From an uncultured Actinomycetes bacterium (lineage in GTDB: Bacteria > Actinomycetota > Thermoleophilia > RBG-16-64-13): a stretch of DNA of 64,000 bases. Positions 9,054-19,989 of this stretch are shown one piece after another. Position numbers and translations under genes: made by a program. How positions within the stretch are numbered: position 1 is the stretch's first letter; every line of letters starts with the position of its first letter. The notes beneath the pieces were generated by a model that was given only the letters and a program-made list of their open reading frames with translations, made no database searches and was not told where the DNA came from. Location: contig CAWJDT010000001.1 in assembly GCA_963841735.1 (NCBI GenBank), positions 1,024,001 through 1,088,000 of the forward strand, given 5' to 3'.

Positions 9054-10184
9054 ATGAACGAAGCCACACAATCTGAACGCGTGGAGTACCTAGACATATT
9101 GAGAGCGCTTTCGATGCTCTCAGTGGTCTTTCTGCACACGGAGGCGGGCAATCTCTGGGCCAATTATGGGTCTGCCGTGTGGCATGTATCCAATGTGCTT
9201 GTTGCGGTCATGAATACCAGCGTGCCGATCTTCTTCATGATATCCGGCGCGATGTTGCTGGACAGTCCTAAGACGCTTGAGCTTGGCTACACCTTGAAGC
9301 GGAGAGTGCCCAGAGTGCTCGTGCCCTTTGTTCTCTGGTCGTTGATCTACGTTGCCTACTACCTCGCGGTGAGTTGGAAGATGAATGGCAGCCCCGACAT
9401 TTCCGCCGCCATCGACAGACTCAAGTACTTCCCGTCTCGGCCGACCTCGGGGCACCTGTGGTTCATGTATGCGCTAATCCCCTTGTATATCCTGTCGCCC
9501 CTGATAAAGAAGATGACGGATTCTCTTGACCGCAGGCTGATCATTTACCTGGCTGCCATCTGGGTGTTCTTTTCCTCCCTGTTGCCCACGTTGGCGGCTC
9601 TACTCCCCGAGGCCTACCGTCCCTTCGTCGTTCTGAACCGTTCATACGACCTGTTCTTCCTGGCAGGCTATGCGGGGTACTTCATCATCGGTCACTACAT
9701 GGTGAAGGCTACCTGGCGAGTGCCCAGGAAGCTGTTGGTCGCGGTGATCGTGGTGGATACGGCCGTCATATCCCTGGGTACTTGGTGGAAGGCCGAATCG
9801 ACAGGAGCCTACTCAGAGGCGTTCACGATCTACGAGGGGGTCTTCACCCTCATACTTACCATGGCCATCTTCTTGTTGTTCAAGGATATGAGGGCCGACC
9901 GCACACTGGGCAGGGTCGCCGGGCCTGTGCTGAGGTTCATAGTGCCGCTGACCTTCGGCGTCTATCTGATGCACCGCTTGGTTGTCGACACGCTCTCAAA
10001 GGTCTTTCACTGGTGGCCCATGGAATCGGTGTGGATGGTGTTCGGCAATTACTTCTTCGTTCTTGGCATATGCGTGCCGTTCATATTCGTGCTCCGAGTC
10101 ATCAAGCCGCTCTGTTGGGCGTTCACAGGGCAGAGATACCAGAGCCTGCGCGGTGGGCGGCGCAATGGCGCGGACCAGCCGTAG
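9054..10184 (+). CDS. Acyltransferase-3 family O-acyltransferase, copy 2 (paralog of 5300-6409)
   Basis: Colinear with copy 1, with long identical stretches (RVPRVLVPFV, HLWFMYALIPLY, WVFFSSLLPTLA). Confidence 0.9.
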   Translation: MNEATQSERVEYLDILRALSMLSVVFLHTEAGNLWANYGSAVWHVSNVLVAVMNTSVPIFFMISGAMLLDSPKTLELGYTLKRRVPRVLVPFVLWSLIYVAYYLAVSWKMNGSPDISAAIDRLKYFPSRPTSGHLWFMYALIPLYILSPLIKKMTDSLDRRLIIYLAAIWVFFSSLLPTLAALLPEAYRPFVVLNRSYDLFFLAGYAGYFIIGHYMVKATWRVPRKLLVAVIVVDTAVISLGTWWKAESTGAYSEAFTIYEGVFTLILTMAIFLLFKDMRADRTLGRVAGPVLRFIVPLTFGVYLMHRLVVDTLSKVFHWWPMESVWMVFGNYFFVLGICVPFIFVLRVIKPLCWAFTGQRYQSLRGGRRNGADQP

Positions 10185-10287
10185 GGACGGGCTAGACATC
10201 TTGAAAGACGAGCGAAGCAGGTCTCCCGGCTCCGGGTGACACCAGGAGCTGAGGCTCAATGGTGCCGCCCGGTTTCCCCGCGGACTT

Positions 10288-10617
10288 CTACTTGCGCGTG
10301 AGGGTCTGTTTGTCGCCTTCTGGGCTGGTGAAGGTGAGCTTGTCACCGGCGACTTCGTAGCCCATGCTCTCGGGGAAGCCCCCTCCTGGGACTCCAGTGA
10401 TAAAGACCTTGCCGTCTCTTGTGGAGTAGGTGGCCTCCGCCTTATCGCCCGCAAAGTCGATGACGAAGGCGCCGTCGGAGGTGAACGTGAACTCCGTCCC
10501 GGAGCTGTCGCTCCAACTGCCGACGATGTCGCCCCCTCCGCCGCACGCTGCCAACAACAGCGCCAGGGCCGAGACCAGGCAGGCAGTCACCACCAGGGGC
10601 ATCCAAGATCTTTTCAT
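10288..10617 (-). CDS. Small lipoprotein (lipocalin/DUF5640-like)
   Basis: Lipobox LAAC; IVGSW...FTFTSDG. Confidence 0.75.
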   Translation of the reverse strand: MKRSWMPLVVTACLVSALALLLAACGGGGDIVGSWSDSSGTEFTFTSDGAFVIDFAGDKAEATYSTRDGKVFITGVPGGGFPESMGYEVAGDKLTFTSPEGDKQTLTRK

Positions 10618-10699
10618 GCCAAACTTTCCCCTTGTTCTGTTTAAGTGGAGCACGCGAAGCTTACCAGGCCGGACGCGACGCACAGGCAAGGAGGAACGG

Positions 10700-11305
10700 G
10701 TGGCTGCGAAGCAAGAGATTGGAAGGGGCTACGGTCGACTCGACCGTGAGGAAGTGCGCCGCCGGCTGCGCGAAACCTGCTCGGCGGTAGATCTTAGCCT
10801 GCCCTCGCCCGAGCCCGGCACGCCTGCGGGGGTGCTCATAGGGCTACTCGGGCATCCTGGTGACCCACACGTCATCCTAACCCGCCGCACCGCGCATCTG
10901 AAGAATCACGCCGCTGAGATCAGCCTTCCTGGGGGGCGGATAGAGGCTGGCGACGCCGGACCGGAGGCGGCCGCCCTGCGGGAGGCCTTTGAGGAGATCG
11001 GGCTGCCCTCCGATAGGGTGGACGTACTCGGCTGCCTTCCTCCGTCTCTGACGGTGTCTCAGTTTCGGGTATATCCGTTTGTGGGCTGGATCGAGCCGCC
11101 GCTGGACTACGTCATCGACGCATATGAGGTTGAGGAGGTCTTCGAGATCCCGCTCAGCTTCGTCCTCGAGCAGGCCAACCACCACTGGGACGAGGCCGTG
11201 TTTGCCGGCCGGCGACATGGGTTCTACGTGCTTGACTATGCGGACCACCGCATCTGGGGAGCCACCGCCGGCATCTTGGTCAACCTAGCCGAGGCCCTAC
11301 GCTAG
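10700..11305 (+). CDS. Nudix CoA pyrophosphatase (NudL/PCD1-like)
   Basis: ILTRRTAHLKNHAAEISLPGG, ALREAFEEIG Nudix box, IWGATA. Confidence 0.92.
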   Translation: MAAKQEIGRGYGRLDREEVRRRLRETCSAVDLSLPSPEPGTPAGVLIGLLGHPGDPHVILTRRTAHLKNHAAEISLPGGRIEAGDAGPEAAALREAFEEIGLPSDRVDVLGCLPPSLTVSQFRVYPFVGWIEPPLDYVIDAYEVEEVFEIPLSFVLEQANHHWDEAVFAGRRHGFYVLDYADHRIWGATAGILVNLAEALR

Positions 11306-11309
11306 ATGA

Positions 11310-11366
11310 GCGCGCGGCCCAGGCCGCGCGCGGGGCGGTAGCGGGGGCCAGGCTTGCCGCCCCGCT
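11310..11366. terminator. GC-rich hairpins between convergent genes
   Basis: GCGCGCGGCC-ca-GGCCGCGCGC followed by GCGGGGCGG...CCGCCCCGC. Confidence 0.5.
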
Positions 11367-11391
11367 GGCCAGTGGCTCCGTACTGCGGGGT

Positions 11392-12984
11392 CTACGGGGA
11401 GGCCACGCCGAGATAGGTCCGGACATCGCTCACTTCGAACCCATATTGGGTGGCCAGGTCGCTCAGCGTCGAACCGAGGGACGTGTCGGCGGGGATCCCG
11501 AACTCCTCTAGGAAGGCGGCGAAGTCGTCCACCACAGCCTGGATCTCTCCCAGGGTGGTCTTGCCTTTGATCTCCGCGGTCGCTCCCGAAGAGGACCCTT
11601 CGTCCCCAGCGGGCACGGTGCTGGTTGTTGTGGCAGGCTGGCCGCCGTCGGTCGTGACGGTGGGCTCCTCCCCGAGGCCGACTCCTGTGAGCAGATACAG
11701 TCCGGCACCAGGGGGGCCGTCGCGTAGTAGGTCTCTGAGTGTCGCCGTACCGGGGAGTCCGGTGGAAGCCATGACTTCAGCCAACCGGTCCGCAGGCACA
11801 CCTGCCAGGCCCAATGTGTCCAGGGGTTCGTCGATATAGCGGGCGATATCGCGCAAGACCTCCGGTTCGATGTTGTTCTCCAGGCTTTTGAGTTGGGTGG
11901 ATGCGGCCAGGTCGGGAGCGAGACCCAGACCGTTGTAGAGCTCCTGTTTGGTGATGCCGTAGTTCTTGATGACCTCTTCGAGGGTCGTGGAACCCTTGAT
12001 GTCATCGGGGGTGCGGAAGTCACTCTTCTTGGTGGTCTGGAAGTCTCCCGTTATGTTCGTGATGAGGATAGGCAGCACGAAGGCGGCGATGGCGATAGCG
12101 GCAAAAACTGCCATGGGTACAGAGCGCCGGCGGCTTCCGCCAGTGGCGCTCGTTGCCCACCGCCGCCGCGTCCATACGTACAACCAGGTGTGTAGCTTAA
12201 GGGTGTCGCGGTCTCTCGTGTTCTGTGGGCAGGCGTCGACGCACTTGAGGCATCGGGTGCACTCGATGCTGCGTACCGCCGGGCTTGTCGCCACTTCGAT
12301 GTTGACCGGGCAGACCTTTGAGCAGCGGCCGCAGTCGGTACAGGTCTCGGCGTCTCGTTTGATGCCCATGATAGAGAACGAGTTGAAGAGCCCGTTGAAG
12401 GCGCCCAGGGGGCAGGCATAGCGGCTAAAGGGGCGGGGGATGAACAGCGCCGCGAGCAGGGTGACGCCGGTGACCACATAACCCGAGATGGCGATCTCAT
12501 CGGTCCAGATGCGATAGAGGTTCCAGTAGGGGTCCCAGTCTTGAAAGACGAGGGTGACGCTGCGCGCGGTCTGTACCAGCACCCAGGCAAGCACGGCCCA
12601 CTTGAGGTACTGGAGAAACCGCTCGACCCGGCGCGGTACTCTGTTGTACAAACGCGGCCAGAGCCTGCGGCCGATGCCGCCGAGTCCCTCCTGCACCGAC
12701 CCAAGCGGGCAGATCCATCCGCAGAACGATTTCCCTGTGATCACCAACCCTATGAGCAAGGCCAGCAGCATGATGAACACTGCTGAGTGCAACTTGGCGA
12801 CATATCCGCCGGTCGAGAAATAAGTGTACAAATTGACCACGCCACCGAACGGGCAGATGGTGTGGAGATTGGTAGACCATGCTGTGCCCACGGTGGTCGC
12901 GATGGCCACAACCAGCACATAAGCGGCGATCGCCGCCTGCACGCTGTGACGGAGGATCTGTATGGGTGGCGGTTTTCTGGCCAT
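11392..12984 (-). CDS. Membrane 4Fe-4S binding protein (NapH/MauN/YccM-like) with extended C-terminal domain
   Basis: TICPFGG, FCGWICPLG, FSRYACPLG, CTDCGRCSKVCP, CTRCLKCVDACP; GAGGAG upstream. Confidence 0.88.
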   Translation of the reverse strand: MARKPPPIQILRHSVQAAIAAYVLVVAIATTVGTAWSTNLHTICPFGGVVNLYTYFSTGGYVAKLHSAVFIMLLALLIGLVITGKSFCGWICPLGSVQEGLGGIGRRLWPRLYNRVPRRVERFLQYLKWAVLAWVLVQTARSVTLVFQDWDPYWNLYRIWTDEIAISGYVVTGVTLLAALFIPRPFSRYACPLGAFNGLFNSFSIMGIKRDAETCTDCGRCSKVCPVNIEVATSPAVRSIECTRCLKCVDACPQNTRDRDTLKLHTWLYVWTRRRWATSATGGSRRRSVPMAVFAAIAIAAFVLPILITNITGDFQTTKKSDFRTPDDIKGSTTLEEVIKNYGITKQELYNGLGLAPDLAASTQLKSLENNIEPEVLRDIARYIDEPLDTLGLAGVPADRLAEVMASTGLPGTATLRDLLRDGPPGAGLYLLTGVGLGEEPTVTTDGGQPATTTSTVPAGDEGSSSGATAEIKGKTTLGEIQAVVDDFAAFLEEFGIPADTSLGSTLSDLATQYGFEVSDVRTYLGVASP

Positions 12985-13008
12985 TCTCACTCCTCGATGC
13001 GGTTTAGC

Positions 13009-13815
13009 CTACCCGGCCAGCGTGGCCGCGAATACCTGCCAGGCTAGGAGCGCCTTGGCGGTGAGGCTCAGGATGATGTAGATCTTCTCGCCAAAGAGAT
13101 AATCGCGCCAACGGCCCACCTGTTTGTACTGCAGCACCATGTTGACGGCGAAGATGTTGAAGAACACAAAGAGCGACGCGATGATGCCGTACACGAACCC
13201 GGGCGGATTTGCTCCGCTGAGCCCCGGGCTGACGACATAGACCACCACGGCGATCCACGGGATGATGCCGGCGAAGCAGCCGAACAAGAAGGGCAGCCAA
13301 TTCGGGTTGCCCGGCCTCTCGTACTTCTCCATGAGGAGCCCGAACAAGATCATGCTGGCGTTCACGCCGAAGATCGCCAGCAAGGCCGCGATGTCGCTAA
13401 CGCCGCAGATCATGACGATGAGCACGATCATGAGTGAAGACGTTATGGAGTACTCGATCCACCGTCCGTAGTTGCGCTTCTGCAGCAGGTTGCGCTTGTA
13501 CCAGCCGAACACGCCGGGAGAGGCCATGATGAGCAGGGCCAGACCCGACAGGGCCAGGAAGGCGAACACACCCCAGGCCAGCGGGAAGTCGCCCAACTTG
13601 GTCGGCGCGCCGACCGGCGTTCCCGGAGGGCCGGTCATGAAGTTGCCCACCACCGGCAGGCTGAAGTCGGTGGAGAGGACCGCGATCACCGCAGCCTGGG
13701 CCAGCAAGACCGCGCCCACCACGGTGTTCCACCAGCGCAGTTTGCGCAGGCGCCTCTCCATATCCCCGTTGCTCGTGAGCTCTTTCAGCTCTACGGTGCT
13801 CTCTGTCGCTGACAT
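13009..13815 (-). CDS. heR: Heliorhodopsin (HeR), 268 aa
   Basis: GPPG, RWIEYS, GVNASMILFG, PGFVYGI, LQYK, GEKIYIILSLTAK (retinal Lys); AGGAGG RBS before ATG 13815. Confidence 0.95.
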   Translation of the reverse strand: MSATESTVELKELTSNGDMERRLRKLRWWNTVVGAVLLAQAAVIAVLSTDFSLPVVGNFMTGPPGTPVGAPTKLGDFPLAWGVFAFLALSGLALLIMASPGVFGWYKRNLLQKRNYGRWIEYSITSSLMIVLIVMICGVSDIAALLAIFGVNASMILFGLLMEKYERPGNPNWLPFLFGCFAGIIPWIAVVVYVVSPGLSGANPPGFVYGIIASLFVFFNIFAVNMVLQYKQVGRWRDYLFGEKIYIILSLTAKALLAWQVFAATLAG

Positions 13816-13840
13816 GGCCCTCCTCCTGTGTTGTGTTTTC

Positions 13841-15826
<1,986 letters not shown>

Positions 15827-15959
15827 AGTGGTGCGCTCGCTTGCTCGATTGGGGTGCTCGTCGGTGGAGATGGCAGAATCGTACTCTCGACATGTTTACC
15901 TTGCCACCGGTCGAGCTAAACAGAGCCGATGGGTCTTCGTAGGGGAAGAACGGGGAAAG

Positions 15960-16691
15960 ATGAACCCGCAAGACAGAGATGGCAGAGGTCAAGTGGGCGG
16001 GATGCAGGCGGAAGCACTACCACGACAGGCGGCCTGGCTGGACCTCGGTACCGAGGAGTACGGTCGGGCCTATGCTATCCAAACGAAGCTGCACACTCTA
16101 CGACTGGCCAGGGCGATCCCCGATAGCGCGGTGGTGCTCGAGCACGCTCCCTGCATCACCCTTGGCCGGGCTGCGCATCGCGAGCACATCCTCGCCGGCC
16201 GGGAGCAATTTGAGGCCGCGGGGGTTGCCGTGTACAACACCGATCGGGGAGGCGATGTCACCTACCATGGCCCGGGGCAGCTCGTCGTGTATGCCTTTGT
16301 CGATCTCACCGGCTACGGCAAGGACGTGCACGCTCACGCTCGCCGCCTAGAACAGCTGCTCATCGACGTGCTGGGATCCTACGGAGTCGAGGCGGGTAGG
16401 AAGAGCGAGTATCCCGGGGTCTGGACCGATGAGGGCAAGATCGGGGCCATCGGCATCAAGGTGAAGCGCTGGGTCACGTTGCACGGCGTGTCACTCAACG
16501 TTTCACCCGATATGAGTCACTTCGGGCTGATCGTGCCCTGTGGCATCGATGACCACCCGGTTACCTCGCTTGCCCGGCTATTGGGGCATCCTGTGGAGAT
16601 CGCCGAGGTCAAGCGGGGTCTGAGGAAAGCGTTCGAGCGCGTCTTCGGCGTCAGACTGGTCGATGTCGAAAGGGCTGCGCTGGGGCTGTAG
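15960..16691 (+). CDS. lipB: Lipoyl(octanoyl) transferase LipB
   Basis: LEH..CITLGR, DRGGDVTYHGPGQLV, KIGAIG, HGVSLN, IVPCG; start could instead be 16002. Confidence 0.92.
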   Translation: MNPQDRDGRGQVGGMQAEALPRQAAWLDLGTEEYGRAYAIQTKLHTLRLARAIPDSAVVLEHAPCITLGRAAHREHILAGREQFEAAGVAVYNTDRGGDVTYHGPGQLVVYAFVDLTGYGKDVHAHARRLEQLLIDVLGSYGVEAGRKSEYPGVWTDEGKIGAIGIKVKRWVTLHGVSLNVSPDMSHFGLIVPCGIDDHPVTSLARLLGHPVEIAEVKRGLRKAFERVFGVRLVDVERAALGL

Positions 16692-16703
16692 GGCGCGTGC
16701 CGG

Positions 16704-17177
16704 CTAGAGAGCCAGCTCGGAGGTCTCGGCCACGTCCGCGGCCACGTCCGCGGCCACTCCCGTGGCTACGCCCCCGGCCACTCCCGCGAGGTCGCCGATG
16801 GTGGCGCTACGGAACAGATCTTCGAGAAGGTCGGTGGCTCTCTGCCACAGAGGCCGCGTTGGGCAGGTGGCCGCTCGATCACAACCGTCTATGGTCTTAC
16901 AGGGTGCGGGCATCAGTTCGCCTTCTACGGCCTGCAGGACTTCTAGCACGCTGATTGCCTCCGCCTGACGGGCCAAGCTGAAACCGCCGCCCCTTCCGCG
17001 GTGGCTTCTCACCAGTCCCGCTAGTCGGAGGGCCATCAAGAGTTGCTGGGCGTAGGCGGGGGATATGCTCTCGGTCTCTCCGATCTGGTACTTCGTCAAG
17101 GAACCCTGGCCGGCCTGCGCAGCCAGAAGGACCATGATCCTGGTGGCGTACCTTCCCTTGGTCGAGATAGCCATCAT
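16704..17177 (-). CDS. Rrf2 family regulator (IscR/CymR-like, three Cys)
   Basis: ISTKGRYA, SHRGRGGGFSLAR, PCKTIDGCDRAATCP. Confidence 0.92.
   Translation of the reverse strand: MMAISTKGRYATRIMVLLAAQAGQGSLTKYQIGETESISPAYAQQLLMALRLAGLVRSHRGRGGGFSLARQAEAISVLEVLQAVEGELMPAPCKTIDGCDRAATCPTRPLWQRATDLLEDLFRSATIGDLAGVAGGVATGVAADVAADVAETSELAL
16728..16787. repeat. Five degenerate 12-bp tandem units in the Rrf2 tail
   Basis: GGCCACGTCCGC x2, GGCCACTCCCGT, GGCTACGCCCCC, GGCCACTCCCGC (VAxx peptide repeats). Confidence 0.7.
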
Positions 17178-17205
17178 GAAGGTCGTCCCCCCCGGTCAAA
17201 CACTA

Positions 17206-17234
17206 TTGACATACTCATCTTAGTCATGTATACA
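17206..17234 (+). promoter_or_regulatory. Sigma70-type promoter candidate overlapping a possible Rrf2 site
   Basis: TTGACA-N17-TATACA in an AT-rich divergent gap. Confidence 0.5.
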
Positions 17235-17319
17235 TCCTATCACACACATATCCACAAGGTTAGCAATGTCAAGCGGAGCCCAGTGACACAATCCGACTCG
17301 AGCAGTCAGGAGGTCGATC

Positions 17320-17817
17320 ATGAAGAAGTGGAGCAGACTGATCGCGGTGGCGGTGCTGATTCTTGGCCTGGTCAACGTGGGGGTGGGTGGCACCTTCATC
17401 GGCATCGGGTTCAGCAAACAGCACTATCTCAAGACCGCGATGGCCGAGGAGATGATCACAACCGAACTCACCGACGAACAGATCGCGGCCGGCGAGGTGG
17501 TGGACACCATGAGTGAGGCCCAGCGGGCCGGAGACCTCGTCCGCGAGCACCGCCACGGCATCGCTGCCAGCTACGAAGAACTCCTTGCCGGCGGGAGATA
17601 CGACCCGACGAACCTACAGCAACTTACGTACGCGCAGGCAATGAACATCGAGAACTACCTGTATCTGGCGTCGGCTTCGTGGGGCATAACCTACATGGCC
17701 CTGGGCGTTGGAGCAGCCCTAGTCCTGGCCGGCATCGCCCTGATGGCTATCGCTTTCGTAATCTATCGGTGGGCCAGGCGCGTCTACGCGGATAGCACGC
17801 CTGCCGCTGCTCTCTGA
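17320..17817 (+). CDS. Hypothetical membrane protein (2 TM)
   Basis: AGGAGG RBS; N- and C-terminal hydrophobic helices. Confidence 0.75.
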   Translation: MKKWSRLIAVAVLILGLVNVGVGGTFIGIGFSKQHYLKTAMAEEMITTELTDEQIAAGEVVDTMSEAQRAGDLVREHRHGIAASYEELLAGGRYDPTNLQQLTYAQAMNIENYLYLASASWGITYMALGVGAALVLAGIALMAIAFVIYRWARRVYADSTPAAAL

Positions 17818-17852
17818 TCAAGAACCCCGACTGTGACTCGCCCTCACCCGGG

Positions 17853-17894
17853 CTACGGGGCCCCTCTCCGAACGACTGGAGAGGGGCCCCGTAG
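17853..17894. terminator. Perfect 17-bp stem hairpin
   Basis: CTACGGGGCCCCTCTCC-gaacgact-GGAGAGGGGCCCCGTAG; no U-tract. Confidence 0.55.
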
Positions 17895-17941
17895 TATGCT
17901 GGCGGAGTGGGGGCGGGTGCGCACAGGGAGGAAGGTGAGAA

Positions 17942-18742
17942 ATGGCCGGCTCGATCGGAGCAGCGCAACGCTTGGATGGAAAGGTGGCCATGGTCACGGG
18001 GGGTGGCGGTGCCAACAGCATAGGCCGGGCGATATGTCTTCGCTACGCCCGGGAGGGTGCGCGGGTTGCGGTGCTGGACATCAACGACGCCGGCGCGGCG
18101 CGGGTGGCGAAGGAGATCCAGGAAGCCGGGGGCACGGCGCTGCCGGTCACATGTGACGTAACCGACCTCGACCAGTGTAGGGCCGCGGCCAAGCAGGTCG
18201 CCGAGGCCTGGAACGGACGCATTGACATCTTGGTCAACAACGCGGCCTTCTTCGGAGGCATGGGAGCTTGGCGCCCGTTCGACGAATGGTCGGCACAAGA
18301 TTGGGACAAGATGCAGAACGTCAACGTGCGGGGCATGTGGTTCTGCGCCCAGGCGGTGTTCACCTACATGAAGGCCCAGGGCTATGGCAAGATCATCAAT
18401 CTCACCTCGTCCTCCTTCTTCGAGGGAGTGCCGGGTTTCATCCACTACACCACCAGCAAGGGCGGAGTCATCGGTTTCACCCGCTCTCTCGGCAAAGAAC
18501 TGGGTCAGTTCGGCATCCGCGTCAACGCCATCGCGCCGGGCTTCACGGTGTCCGACGCCCAGCTCGAGCTCACCAAGGATTCCCCCGAGTGGTACCAGCA
18601 CAACAAGGAACGGCAGGCCTTGCACGAGCGCAATGAGGTCCCCGAAGACCTGGCCGGCCCCGCCTTCTTCCTCGCTTCGCCCGACAGTGACTTCATGACC
18701 TGCCAGACGTTGCTGGTCGACGGGGGGGCGACGCCCAACTAG
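17942..18742 (+). CDS. SDR family oxidoreductase
   Basis: TGGG..SIG, NNAA, YTTSK, VNAIAPG. Confidence 0.93.
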   Translation: MAGSIGAAQRLDGKVAMVTGGGGANSIGRAICLRYAREGARVAVLDINDAGAARVAKEIQEAGGTALPVTCDVTDLDQCRAAAKQVAEAWNGRIDILVNNAAFFGGMGAWRPFDEWSAQDWDKMQNVNVRGMWFCAQAVFTYMKAQGYGKIINLTSSSFFEGVPGFIHYTTSKGGVIGFTRSLGKELGQFGIRVNAIAPGFTVSDAQLELTKDSPEWYQHNKERQALHERNEVPEDLAGPAFFLASPDSDFMTCQTLLVDGGATPN

Positions 18743-18920
18743 AGCGGCTGGTTCGGCAGCGGCTGCTATCATTAACGGGCCGTCTGTTGCATCGTTGAGG
18801 GGCAGTTTCAGTGGTCGACGAGTGCTTTTGCCTGCCTGCGACCCAGGATGTTGGATCCTGGGAATCGGGTGCCCCCTTTTTCTCTCGGTGGGCGTTCTTC
18901 TCGGGCGAGTGCGGATCTTC

Positions 18921-19865
18921 ATGACGACGAGAGACGCACGGGCCACATTTCTTCCCTTCGCGGCCCTGGGCTTGTTGTCCCTGTTGTGGGGCTACAACTG
19001 GGTAGTCATGAAGGTCGGTCTGCAGAACGCCGAGCCCTTTACCTACTCCGCCCTGCGGAACCTCGTCGGGGCGGTATTCATTCTCTCGGTGGCGGCCGTG
19101 TTGCGCCGACCACTGCGACCCCAGGCCGTCGTGTCGACGGCGTTGTTCGGTCTCTTCCAAACTGCCGGGTCCGCTGGTCTGGCCATGTGGGCGGTCCAGA
19201 TGGGCGGCGTCGGCAAGGTATCGTTTCTCACCTACACCATGCCCTTCTGGCTGTTGCTGATCGCGTGGCCGGTTTTGCGCGAGCCCGTGCGGGGTTTTCA
19301 ATGGGTCTCGGTGGGGCTGGCTCTTCCCGGGTTGATACTTGTGCTCGAACCCTGGAACTTGAGAGGGCTTGCCAGCAGTTTCCTGGCGATCGGCGCGGGG
19401 ATCTCTTGGGCTATTGCATCGCTGATCGTAAAGCACTTGCGGGCCCGTCGCGACATTGAGCCCCTGTCGTTCATCGCCTGGCAGGGCATCTTCGGCTCGA
19501 TACCGCTGATAGCGGTCGCCTTGTTGACGGCAGAGAGCATCCCGACGTGGAACGCAAGCTTCATCTCAGCCCTCGTTTATAGCGCGGTGCCCGCCAATGC
19601 CGTTGCCTGGGTCCTTTGGTTGTATGCGCTTAGAAGGCTGCCTATTAACACCGCCGGTTTCGGCAGCTTGGCTGTCCCGGTGGTGGGGGTGCTCGCGGCC
19701 TGGATTCAGCTTGGCGAGCGCCCGGGAGCGCTGGAAGGCTTGGGCATGGCGTTCATCGTGGTGTCGCTGGCGGTTCTAACTTCAAGGCAGTTGCTCGAGG
19801 GCCGGCAGCCCGGTGCGTTTCGACCTCTCGCGAGGCCCGCGGCCTCGGGCGCCGGCGCTTCCTAG
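18921..19865 (+). CDS. EamA/DMT family transporter
   Basis: LLWGYNWVVMK; two EamA repeats; LGERPG. Confidence 0.9.
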   Translation: MTTRDARATFLPFAALGLLSLLWGYNWVVMKVGLQNAEPFTYSALRNLVGAVFILSVAAVLRRPLRPQAVVSTALFGLFQTAGSAGLAMWAVQMGGVGKVSFLTYTMPFWLLLIAWPVLREPVRGFQWVSVGLALPGLILVLEPWNLRGLASSFLAIGAGISWAIASLIVKHLRARRDIEPLSFIAWQGIFGSIPLIAVALLTAESIPTWNASFISALVYSAVPANAVAWVLWLYALRRLPINTAGFGSLAVPVVGVLAAWIQLGERPGALEGLGMAFIVVSLAVLTSRQLLEGRQPGAFRPLARPAASGAGAS

Positions 19866-19989
19866 GCTTCTGCCTGCCGGGACTTGTCCCAAAGACTTCC
19901 CTAATGCCCGCTAGGTGGTATAAAGGTTTCAGCCGCTCGGGTTGTTCTGTGGTGGAGCGGAGGGTGTCGCGGAGAAGGGGTGCACGGCC

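Noticed and set aside
10216-10285. B12-box-like GAGCCGGGAGACCTGC (minus strand) as a cobalamin riboswitch
   Set aside because: Other core elements are not recognisable, and it lies between convergent gene ends with no downstream gene to regulate.
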